DNA of 64,000 nt, taken from Candidatus Sulfomarinibacteraceae bacterium (GTDB lineage Bacteria; Acidobacteriota; Thermoanaerobaculia; Thermoanaerobaculales; Sulfomarinibacteraceae). The position numbers and the translations under genes were made by a program. The stretch lies in contig CAWCLO010000002.1 in assembly GCA_963796455.1 (NCBI GenBank), positions 64,001-128,000 of the forward strand. Reading direction: 5' to 3'. This document shows positions 9,025-16,730 of this stretch, piece after piece. Under the pieces are notes generated by a model. That model was given only the letters and a program-made list of their open reading frames with translations, was not told the origin of the DNA and ran no database searches. Every line of letters begins with the position of its first letter. The stretch's first letter is position 1.

Positions 9025-11408
9025 TGAAGCGCTGGTTGCTGATTGCGGTTGTGGTTGCGGTGGTGCTTTTCGCCGGTCTGAGCCGATTCGATCTTGACGC
9101 GGACATTTTTGGTCTGTTGCCGCGGGACGCACCTACCGTCCAGGGCCTCAAGCTCTATCAGGAGACCTTCGGTTCGTCCCGCGAACTCATGCTGACCGTG
9201 CGGTCGCCGGACGCAGACCTCACCGAGCAGAGCGCGCGGTCGCTGGCCGAGGCCCTCGCAGGAGCGGATCTCACGGATCGTGCTTTGTGGAGGGATCCCT
9301 TTCGCGACGACCCGGAAGCACTCGCCGAGCTTCTCGCTTTTCTGTGGTTCAACCAGGACCCCGAGGTTTTTGCTGATTTTGCCCGGCGATTTGACGACGA
9401 TCAGATGCAGCCGACGCTGATCGACAGCATCGACCGCATGACCACATCGCTGAGGGCGGAGGAGATCGGTCGCCTCAGCCGCGACCCCTTCGCGATCACC
9501 AGCCTGCCGTCGGGCATCGAATCACCGATCAGCCGCGCGATGGAAGATCCCTTCGCGTCACCGGACGGGCTCTTCCGGGTGCTCTTTGTTGCGTTCCCAT
9601 ACGACGATGCGGGATACCTTCGGTGCCGCTCGTGGACCGGGGAGGTCACTTCGCTGGTGGATGCATGGCGTGTCGACAACGAGATCGGCGACGAGGTGGT
9701 GATCAAGATGACCGGGGATCCCGCCTTCATCGCGGAGATCGGTTCCGGTCTGGTGAGCGACATGCGGCTGGCGGCCTTCGGGACTCTGATCCTGGTGGCT
9801 GTTCTTTTCTGGCTCGTCCATCGGAGCTGGCTGCCACTTGTGTGGTTGGTCATTCTGCTGCTTTTTGTTTTGGTGGGGACGGTTGCTCTGGCGGGATTGT
9901 TTGTCGGTGCCATCAACGCGGTCAGCCTCGGATTTGCCGCGATCCTTCTCGGTTTGGCGGCCGACTATGCTCTGATCCTGTATCAGGAATTCATCAGCGA
10001 TCCAGGGCTTTCGATTGCCGATCTTCGGCGTTCCGTGGCGCCCAGTATTCTGTGGGCGGCATGCACGACCGCGGGTGCCTTTTTCATGGTTGGTCGCAGC
10101 AGTCTTCCGGGTCTGACCCAGCTGGGAAATCTGGTCGCGACGGGGATTCTACTAGCTGCAATCGTCATGCTGACCGTCTTTTTGCCGCCCCTCGCCCGAT
10201 TTGGTGCGAGCCGGCTGCCGCGGTCGCCAAAGACGCCGGCCACACCCCCGTCGACATGGATTCGAGGCGCCTGGTGGGTGACCGGTGGTGGCCTCGCTCT
10301 CTCGGCGCTCATCCTCTCGCAGCAACTTCCGGCCGTCGACTACAGCACCGAAAAACTGGGACCGAAAGAGGCCGCCGCAAAAGAGGCCCTCGACGAGATG
10401 CACCAGGGAGTCGGCGGGTTCGGCGAGGCCCTGTGGCTGCTGGTGAGCGGCAAGGACGAGGACGATGTGGCACGAAGGCTCGGCCGGGCTTCGGAAAGGC
10501 TCGATGCGGCCCAGCAGGAAGGCCTGATTGAAGACTCTGCCCTGCCGTCTGATTTGTGGCCGCGACCGCGATACCAGAAAATCAATCGCGACCTGGTAAC
10601 GGAAATCCTCGACCGTCGCGAAGCCGCCCGCGTAGCAGCTCTCGAGACCGGTTTTACCGATGAGTCTTTTGAGCTCACCGACGCGGTCTTTGACGAATGG
10701 CAGCGTTTTGCTTCGATCCGCGGAGTCGTGTGGCCGGATCGTCCGGCATCGCAGTGGGCATATCAGAAGTTCACGGCTCGGGACTCCAAGGGGCTGATGG
10801 CCCTGGGCCGGGTCGACCAGGCCGCGGGTGCGGAGGTCGGAGAACTCCGGGGTCTGATTGCGGAGCTCGACGCTGACGGCTCGAAGCTTCTCGGGTGGCC
10901 GCTGATCAGCGACGCCCTGCTCGGCATCATGAAACGGGACATCCGCCGCGTGCTGCTTCCGATGGCAGTGGTGATGTTGGTGCTTCTCGGGTTGGCGTTC
11001 CGGCGGGTGCACGAGGTCGCCCTCAGCCTGGTGACTCTGGTTTTCAGTCTTCTGGTCCTGTCGGCGGTGATGGTGGTCCTCGGCTGGTCCTGGAATCTGA
11101 TGAACGTGATGGCGCTGCCGCTGCTTTTTGGTGCTGCGGTCGACTACGGGATCCACATTCAATTGGCGCTGCGACGTTATGATGGCGACATGCGTCGTGT
11201 GCGTGAGACCGTGGGCCGCGCGATTCTGCTCTGTGGTGCGTCCACCGCGGCGGGTTTCGGGACTCTGGGGCTTGCCTCCAACGTTGGTCTGGCGAGTCTC
11301 GGAAGAATTTGCGCGGCGGGCATCGTGATCGCGGCCCTTGCCTCGGTCTTTCTATTGCCGGTGTGGTGGCGCACGACCTCCCACACGATGCCGGGGAGAG
11401 TGGACTGA
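9024..11408 (+). CDS. MMPL/RND-family lipid exporter
   Basis: 794 aa with two TM clusters and two periplasmic loops; GLAADYAL and GAAVDYGIH motifs. Confidence 0.85.
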   Translation: MKRWLLIAVVVAVVLFAGLSRFDLDADIFGLLPRDAPTVQGLKLYQETFGSSRELMLTVRSPDADLTEQSARSLAEALAGADLTDRALWRDPFRDDPEALAELLAFLWFNQDPEVFADFARRFDDDQMQPTLIDSIDRMTTSLRAEEIGRLSRDPFAITSLPSGIESPISRAMEDPFASPDGLFRVLFVAFPYDDAGYLRCRSWTGEVTSLVDAWRVDNEIGDEVVIKMTGDPAFIAEIGSGLVSDMRLAAFGTLILVAVLFWLVHRSWLPLVWLVILLLFVLVGTVALAGLFVGAINAVSLGFAAILLGLAADYALILYQEFISDPGLSIADLRRSVAPSILWAACTTAGAFFMVGRSSLPGLTQLGNLVATGILLAAIVMLTVFLPPLARFGASRLPRSPKTPATPPSTWIRGAWWVTGGGLALSALILSQQLPAVDYSTEKLGPKEAAAKEALDEMHQGVGGFGEALWLLVSGKDEDDVARRLGRASERLDAAQQEGLIEDSALPSDLWPRPRYQKINRDLVTEILDRREAARVAALETGFTDESFELTDAVFDEWQRFASIRGVVWPDRPASQWAYQKFTARDSKGLMALGRVDQAAGAEVGELRGLIAELDADGSKLLGWPLISDALLGIMKRDIRRVLLPMAVVMLVLLGLAFRRVHEVALSLVTLVFSLLVLSAVMVVLGWSWNLMNVMALPLLFGAAVDYGIHIQLALRRYDGDMRRVRETVGRAILLCGASTAAGFGTLGLASNVGLASLGRICAAGIVIAALASVFLLPVWWRTTSHTMPGRVD

Positions 11409-11410
11409 AA

Positions 11411-12100
11411 ATGAATCGACGACTGATTGTTTGTGCCCTTGTGCTGATGTGTGTCGTGCTGTCGAATTCTTCTGTCGGTGCGGAGGAAGCCAGGGAGCGG
11501 CTCGATCGATGGCTGGAAGGGCAGACCGCGATTGCCAGTTGGTCGGCGGACGTCACCCAGATTCGCAGCCTCAAGACCCTGTCGCGGCCCCTCTCGGCCG
11601 TCGGGAAGATCTGGTTTGCCCAGCCCAACAGTTTTCGCTGGCAGCTGGCAGATCCACCAAAAACCATTGCGGTTCGCACGGAAGAAGCTCTGGTGGTCAT
11701 CTATCCACGCCTCAAACAGGTCGAGCGTTTTCCATTGGGCGAAGATGTAGAAGGTTCGTGGAGCAGAGCCCTGGCTCTGCTCGAGATCGGTCTGCCCAAC
11801 GGTGCCGCAACCTTCTGGTCGAACTATGAGTTGACGGATGGTTCGTCCGACGGGGCGACCTGGATCTACGATCTCCAGCCGACTGACAGCGGCGCCCGGC
11901 GTCTGATCGAACGAGTGCGGCTCGAGTTGACCGGTGATGATCTGCTGCTCACCGCCACCGAAATCGGGTTCCCGGATGGTTCGACCATGAGGAATGAGTT
12001 TTCGAACCACCGACTCGATGTCGAAATCGAGCCTTCTGTTTTTGAAGTCGAGATCGACTCGAGCTACGAGGTTGTCGAACCCATGAGCGGCCGCAAGTAG
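11411..12100 (+). CDS. LolA-like outer-membrane lipoprotein carrier family protein
   Basis: Signal peptide; SWSADVTQ..GKIWFAQPNSFRWQ..P, YPRLKQVE; ATG 2 bp after the MMPL stop. Confidence 0.8.
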   Translation: MNRRLIVCALVLMCVVLSNSSVGAEEARERLDRWLEGQTAIASWSADVTQIRSLKTLSRPLSAVGKIWFAQPNSFRWQLADPPKTIAVRTEEALVVIYPRLKQVERFPLGEDVEGSWSRALALLEIGLPNGAATFWSNYELTDGSSDGATWIYDLQPTDSGARRLIERVRLELTGDDLLLTATEIGFPDGSTMRNEFSNHRLDVEIEPSVFEVEIDSSYEVVEPMSGRK

Positions 12101-12107
12101 GGCGCTT

Positions 12108-12352
12108 CAGCGGCAGCGACAGTGTCCAGCGACAGCCACCAACGACCGCGGCAACCTCGGGTCTGACTTGTGTGGAGAGCTGAAATCACGACTATTGGTT
12201 GAGCAAACGCCAGGTCATGGGACGGACCTGATCACTGATTCCTGATCGCTGGCGCTGATGACTGAACACTGCCGCTGGCGACTGTTCACTGCCGCTGCCC
12301 CTGATCGTTGTCCGAGACTCTGTCTTGGACAAGCATGATCCAGCATCCAGCA
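12108..12352 (-). mobile_element. Internally deleted remnant of four-helix-bundle cassette
   Basis: Minus strand 12233-12192 reads DQVRPMTWRLLNQ*, matching the C-terminus DQVRAMTWRLLNPKR of 12708-13061; flanked by CAGCGR tandem repeats in opposite orientations. Confidence 0.7.
12253..12352 (+). repeat. 100-bp direct repeat, copy 1 (copy 2 at 13140-13239)
   Basis: 97/100 identical by manual alignment; contains palindrome TTGTCCGAGAC-TCT-GTCTTGGACAA (12308-12332). Confidence 0.9.
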
Positions 12353-12571
12353 ACACTGCAGTCCAAAACAAATCGAAATCTGAAGTTGCCCGATTGACAA
12401 CGGGAGGTTTGAGGTGGGTCTTTGGCGTTTTCGTTTCGCGGTTGGCCCGTACCCGTTCCCGATCCCGAGTTGCAGCGACAGCGACAGTTTCCAGCGACAG
12501 CGGCAGGCAACAGCGAACAGGAACAGCGGTCAGTGTTCAGCGGCAGCGATCAGGAGTCCAATCGGCGAAGT

Positions 12572-12707
12572 GGCCACCTCCGGGTCGTTCCAAGGAAGGG
12601 GTAGCCGGTGGGCGGCCGATGTCAAGGACAGGCAGGGTGCAGGGCATCCTTGACATCGGCCGCCACACCGGCTTGTGGATATGGGCATGAACGACCCGGA
12701 GGTGACC
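12572..12707 (+). promoter_or_regulatory. Long inverted repeat/5' leader hairpin sequestering the RBS of the four-helix-bundle gene
   Basis: Perfect stems: 12575-12590 with 12689-12704 (16 bp, includes GGAGG), 12603-12610 with 12666-12673 (8 bp), 12611-12628 with 12647-12664 (18 bp). Confidence 0.85.
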
Positions 12708-13061
12708 ATGTCCAACGCCGCCACGAACACCAACCTCGTTGCCCACTCGAAAGCCCTCGAAGCAGCAGGAATCGCGATCAATCTGGTGATGAGGGTTCCG
12801 GCTCCGCTGAAGTCGATAGCCGATCAGGTGATCCGGTCGGCAAGTTCAGTCCCTGCAAACCTGGCAGAAGGTCACGGCCGAGTCGGTAGAGACCGGTTGA
12901 ACCACTGGAGAATCGCCTACGCCTCGGCCAAAGAGGTCGACAGCCACTGGATGCTCCTCGCCCACGCCGGTGCGATCAGTCGGAATGGTGCCAGTGAAGC
13001 AACGAACGCCTTCGATCAAGTCCGTGCCATGACCTGGCGGCTGCTGAACCCGAAGAGGTGA
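12708..13061 (+). CDS. Four-helix-bundle protein (23S rRNA intervening-sequence protein/IVP family)
   Basis: ATG after GGAGG; family motif DQVIRSASSVPANLAEG..R....IAYASAKEV; 117 aa. Confidence 0.88.
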   Translation: MSNAATNTNLVAHSKALEAAGIAINLVMRVPAPLKSIADQVIRSASSVPANLAEGHGRVGRDRLNHWRIAYASAKEVDSHWMLLAHAGAISRNGASEATNAFDQVRAMTWRLLNPKR

Positions 13062-13139
13062 GTGCAGTCTCTGCCCCGGTTGCTGGCCGCTGTCGCCGAC
13101 ATCTGTGCACTGCCGCTGATCGCTGGTTTCTGCCGCTGA

Positions 13140-13239
13140 CGCTGATGACTGAACACTGCCGCTGGCGACTGTTCACTGCCGCTGCCCCTGATCGCTGTCC
13201 GAGACTCTGTCTTGGACAAGTATGATCCAGCATTCAGCA
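13140..13239 (+). repeat. 100-bp direct repeat, copy 2 (right flank of cassette)
   Basis: 97/100 identical to 12253-12352. Confidence 0.9.
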
Positions 13240-13257
13240 TCCAGGATCGGCCGACGG

Positions 13258-13893
13258 CTACTGATGCTGGTTGCTGATCTCGTCGGAGACCTCCGAGATG
13301 GCGAGAAAGGTGGCCTTGGCCATCTCGATCATGGCCTCCTCGTCGCTCGCTTCGAAGGAAGTCTGATCCATTGCCTCTTTGAATGCGGCCCACTTGTGGG
13401 GTTGTTCGGCGCCATAAGGATCAAAATAGGAAAGCCCTTCGTTGGCGAGATTCCAGCTCTTGCGCAGGGACATGGCCAGAAAACGGCCGCCGTTGGTGCT
13501 TCCCTCGAGGACGTAGAGCGCCCCGAGGAGGGCCACCGGGTTCGATTCCCCGGCCTCCTCGACGCTGGCTGAAAAGCGGCCCGCAGCGTCACCGGCCTGA
13601 AGCGTGTCCTGGTCGATGCCGTAAAAGGCCAGATCACGGTGGAGATCGGGCACACGCATCCGATCAGCCGAAGCGATGGCGCCGATCGAAGGGTGTTTTT
13701 CGCGATGCGCTTCGAGGATCGTTTCGAGGGAGCTGTGGACATGGTACAGCTGACCGAGGTAGGCGGTAAACGAGTTTCGGTCGACGTCTCCGGTTGCGAT
13801 CGCACGCTGCAGGGTCCGGGACTCGGCGTGGGAGTGAAGGTCGTTCGTCTCGGCTTTGAGCCGCTGCATGATGGTCTGAGGGGCGTCCGTCAT
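13258..13893 (-). CDS. Biliverdin-producing heme oxygenase (HemO/BphO-like)
   Basis: RLKAET..LH proximal His; LYVLEGSTNGG distal-helix motif; ATG 13893 after AAGGA. Confidence 0.9.
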   Translation of the reverse strand: MTDAPQTIMQRLKAETNDLHSHAESRTLQRAIATGDVDRNSFTAYLGQLYHVHSSLETILEAHREKHPSIGAIASADRMRVPDLHRDLAFYGIDQDTLQAGDAAGRFSASVEEAGESNPVALLGALYVLEGSTNGGRFLAMSLRKSWNLANEGLSYFDPYGAEQPHKWAAFKEAMDQTSFEASDEEAMIEMAKATFLAISEVSDEISNQHQ

Positions 13894-13927
13894 TGAATGT
13901 CCTTTTCGCCGGATTCGGGCTGCGCGC

Positions 13928-14050
13928 TCACTGGGCGAGGAGCGCAGCGACACCGGCAACTGCCAGCCAGGCCAAACCCTTGGCGAGGAAAAATAGAAAG
14001 CCGATCGCGCCGACCTTCTCGATCCAGTATTTGAATGATTTTCTGGTCAT
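13928..14050 (-). CDS. Small (40 aa) membrane protein MTRKSFKYWIEKVGAIGFLFFLAKGLAWLAVAGVAALLAQ
   Basis: Below ORF-track cutoff; ATG 14050 to TGA 13928; hydrophobic GFLFFLxKGLxWL core; sits between the promoter and the heme oxygenase. Confidence 0.7.
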   Translation of the reverse strand: MTRKSFKYWIEKVGAIGFLFFLAKGLAWLAVAGVAALLAQ

Positions 14051-14069
14051 CGAAAACCCCAACCGGGGG

Positions 14070-14122
14070 TGAGATTCGTTCTCAAACAAGTCACTTTAAC
14101 CAGTTCGAGGTCGGCATGTCAA
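14070..14122 (-). promoter_or_regulatory. Sigma70-like promoter with Fur-like box
   Basis: Minus strand TTGACA (14122-14117), N18, TAAAGT (14098-14093); 7-1-7 palindrome TGAGAAC-G-AATCTCA at 14084-14070. Confidence 0.6.
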
Positions 14123-14169
14123 GAAACGAGGCTCGCCTTTGATTCCGGGTGTACACTGCGGGTCGAAAA

Positions 14170-16635
14170 ATGGTGATTCTCGAAGGCGGCAACCCCAGCC
14201 TGCTCGAAGCCGACGCGCTCGCATTTCTCGAGCGCCGGGGAGAGCCACTCGCTTTTGAAGAGGGCGCGGTCATCCTACGTCGCGGCGAGACCGGCGACGC
14301 ATTCTGGGTGGTGTTGTCGGGCGAAGTGGAGATCAGAGTCCGGTCCGGACACGAGGGCCACGATGTACTGACGCGGCTCGGGCCCGGTGAGACCTTTGGC
14401 GAGCTCGCCATATTGCGCTCAGCGCCTGTGGCCGCCGATGTCGTCTCCATCACCGCGGTTGAGGTTCTTCGTTACCCCGCCGCCTTCCTGCCAAACGCCC
14501 TGGCCGAATGTGAGCCTCTGCGTCGTTCCCTACTCACTCGACTGGCCCACAATCAGTTTGCTGCGACGACGGGGGCCCTCGGTCTTTTCAAACGCACTCA
14601 GGCCCTTGCCGATCTCTACGAGAGCGCACCTCCCGGGGAGGCCTTCATTGCCGGATCGGCTCGGATGCGGGCCGTCCAGGCGAGTATCGAAGGCGCCGCC
14701 GAAGGGCGTGGGCCGGTCCTTATTACGGGCGAACTCGGCACCGGCAAGTTGCTGGCGTCAAGAATGATCCATGCACCCTCCCGGCGTCGGGATGCGCCCT
14801 TGATATCCGTCGACTGCCGTGAGCTGAGCGGCCGCGATGCCGGTGAGCTTCTATTCGGCGCGGAGGTCGAACAAGACTTCGATACCGCCGGCGAACATTT
14901 TGGCGCCCTGCACCTGGCCCACCGCGGCACCCTGGTCCTTCGTGGCGTTGACGCTCTCGGTCAGAGCACCCAGCTCGAGTTGGCGCGACATCTGGAAGCC
15001 GACCGCGCGGTCGAGAGACGACCGTTCCCAGATGTCCGTTTGATTGCGACGATGATCGCCGACAGTGCCGAGGCCGCGTCGGGACGTTTGATCCCCGAAC
15101 TGGAAGCGCAGTTCGCCAGGGTCATCCACCTTCCGACCCTCGCCGAGAGGCCGCGCGACATTATCCCGCTGGCGAGATCATTTATCAGGGAGTTCGACCC
15201 GACGGGCGCCGTCCGGTTGAGCAAGGAGGCGGAAGACGCGCTGGTGTCGATCAAGTATCGACACCGCAACGTGGACGAACTGCGGTCGATCATCGAGCTG
15301 GCCGTTCGGGTTGCCGATGGGCCCGAGCTCGAAGCCGAACACATCTTTTCGGGATTTGACGAAGAACGACCGATCGGGATCGATCTCAGCAGATTCTGGT
15401 TGGTGCGTTGGCTTGTTTCCGGTGGCGGACTGCGGATCGCCCGGCTGACGGTGGCGGTGGGGTTTCTCGCGATCGCGCTGATCTGTCTCGGGCCACCATC
15501 CTCACCGGTTGTGCGCACGGCGAATGGCCTGGTGTGGAGCCTGTGGGAGCCGGTTGTTTTCGGTCTGTTTCTGCTCATCGGTTCACTGTGGTGTACGGTG
15601 TGCCCGCTGTCCTCAACCGGTCGTCTGGTCCAGAGGCGATTGAGCCTCGGCCTCCGGCCTCCGGCCTGGATGGTGGCCGCAGGCGCCTGGTTGTCGGCCA
15701 TCGGTTTTGTCCTCATTCTGGGAACCGAACAGGGTTTCCACATGGCCAGTTCACCCTTCCCGACTTCGATGCTGCTGATGGTGCTAGTGCTCTCAGCGGT
15801 GGTTTGCTGCGTCATCTGGCAGCGCGAAGTGTGGTGCCGCCACCTCTGTCCCCTTGGAAGATTGGGTGTGGCCCTGGCGCCAGTGGCGCCGCTGACGGTT
15901 GCCGCCCGTCGCAGTCTGTGCGCCTCCACCTGTACCACCCATGATTGTTACAAAGGCAATGCGGTCGAGCCCGGTTGCCCGGTCTTTCACCACCCGCAAC
16001 TGGTGGGTGAGGCCCATCGCTGCAAGACGTGCCTGACGTGCCTCCGCAGTTGTCCTCATGGTTCGACCGGCCTCTACCTGCGCCCGCGTCTGCGGTCGGC
16101 GTGGCAGTTGGTCAGCGCCGAAAGCTATGTCGTGCCATTTGCGTTGGTGGTCTTTCTCGTCGCACCGGTGATGGTTGTCGCACAGTCCGGCATCCTGGGC
16201 GGTCCGCTCTTGCTGACCATTTCGTGCGTGGCGGTGATTGGCGTGGCCGCGCTGATGTCGAGGACTCTCGGTCCGATGCTCCAGGGACGCGAGCGGACAA
16301 CCGCCTTTACGGCAAGTGTTGCGTGTGCGTTGCTGGTCCTTGGGTGGGGTCCTCTGATGGCCTATCAGATGGATCATATTCCGCTGCTCCACGAGCTCGC
16401 TGTGGTGGGCTCCGCCGGTTCGTTGTGGGTGCGGTGGTTGGGGCCGGAGCTGTCGCTGGTGACGATCGCACGGGTCGCCTTCATCGTGTTTGCTGCGGTG
16501 CTTTCTGCCACCATTTTATGGAACGCCCGCGGCCGGGCCCTGCACAGCGGTGAAACCGTGCGACCCAGCGGTTGGTGGCTGGTGGTGGTCGGCTGCACCA
16601 TTTACACCTTTGGCACCATCTTCCTGGTGATTTGA
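14170..16635 (+). CDS. cNMP-binding + degenerate sigma54-type AAA+ + membrane 4Fe-4S-binding fusion protein
   Basis: GETFGELA (cNMP); GELGTGK Walker A; CTVCP and CRHLCP motifs, CASTC..C..CP and CKTCLTCLRSCP; multiple TM helices. Confidence 0.82.
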   Translation: MVILEGGNPSLLEADALAFLERRGEPLAFEEGAVILRRGETGDAFWVVLSGEVEIRVRSGHEGHDVLTRLGPGETFGELAILRSAPVAADVVSITAVEVLRYPAAFLPNALAECEPLRRSLLTRLAHNQFAATTGALGLFKRTQALADLYESAPPGEAFIAGSARMRAVQASIEGAAEGRGPVLITGELGTGKLLASRMIHAPSRRRDAPLISVDCRELSGRDAGELLFGAEVEQDFDTAGEHFGALHLAHRGTLVLRGVDALGQSTQLELARHLEADRAVERRPFPDVRLIATMIADSAEAASGRLIPELEAQFARVIHLPTLAERPRDIIPLARSFIREFDPTGAVRLSKEAEDALVSIKYRHRNVDELRSIIELAVRVADGPELEAEHIFSGFDEERPIGIDLSRFWLVRWLVSGGGLRIARLTVAVGFLAIALICLGPPSSPVVRTANGLVWSLWEPVVFGLFLLIGSLWCTVCPLSSTGRLVQRRLSLGLRPPAWMVAAGAWLSAIGFVLILGTEQGFHMASSPFPTSMLLMVLVLSAVVCCVIWQREVWCRHLCPLGRLGVALAPVAPLTVAARRSLCASTCTTHDCYKGNAVEPGCPVFHHPQLVGEAHRCKTCLTCLRSCPHGSTGLYLRPRLRSAWQLVSAESYVVPFALVVFLVAPVMVVAQSGILGGPLLLTISCVAVIGVAALMSRTLGPMLQGRERTTAFTASVACALLVLGWGPLMAYQMDHIPLLHELAVVGSAGSLWVRWLGPELSLVTIARVAFIVFAAVLSATILWNARGRALHSGETVRPSGWWLVVVGCTIYTFGTIFLVI

Positions 16636-16730
16636 TACTGCCCGTTGTCGATGAGAACCCGGCGCAAGACGGCAACCGGGAATTCATCCCACCGTATGAC
16701 CTAGGGATTGTCTTCAATGGAGGTTCTCCC

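Noticed and set aside
12708..13061. Diversity-generating retroelement (Avd-like gene plus a 100-bp near-identical repeat pair as TR/VR)
   Set aside because: No reverse transcriptase in the window, both repeats are non-coding, and the three differences are C/T on the plus strand in both directions; too few to support adenine-specific mutagenesis.
12100..13250. 23S rRNA intervening sequence
   Set aside because: Flanks are protein-coding genes and simple repeats; no rRNA sequence is recognisable.
13258..13893. Bacteriophytochrome (bphO-bphP) operon
   Set aside because: No phytochrome gene is adjacent; the Fur-like box favours iron acquisition.
14170..16635. Canonical sigma54 enhancer-binding activator
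   Set aside because: No GAFTGA, degenerate Walker B and no HTH.
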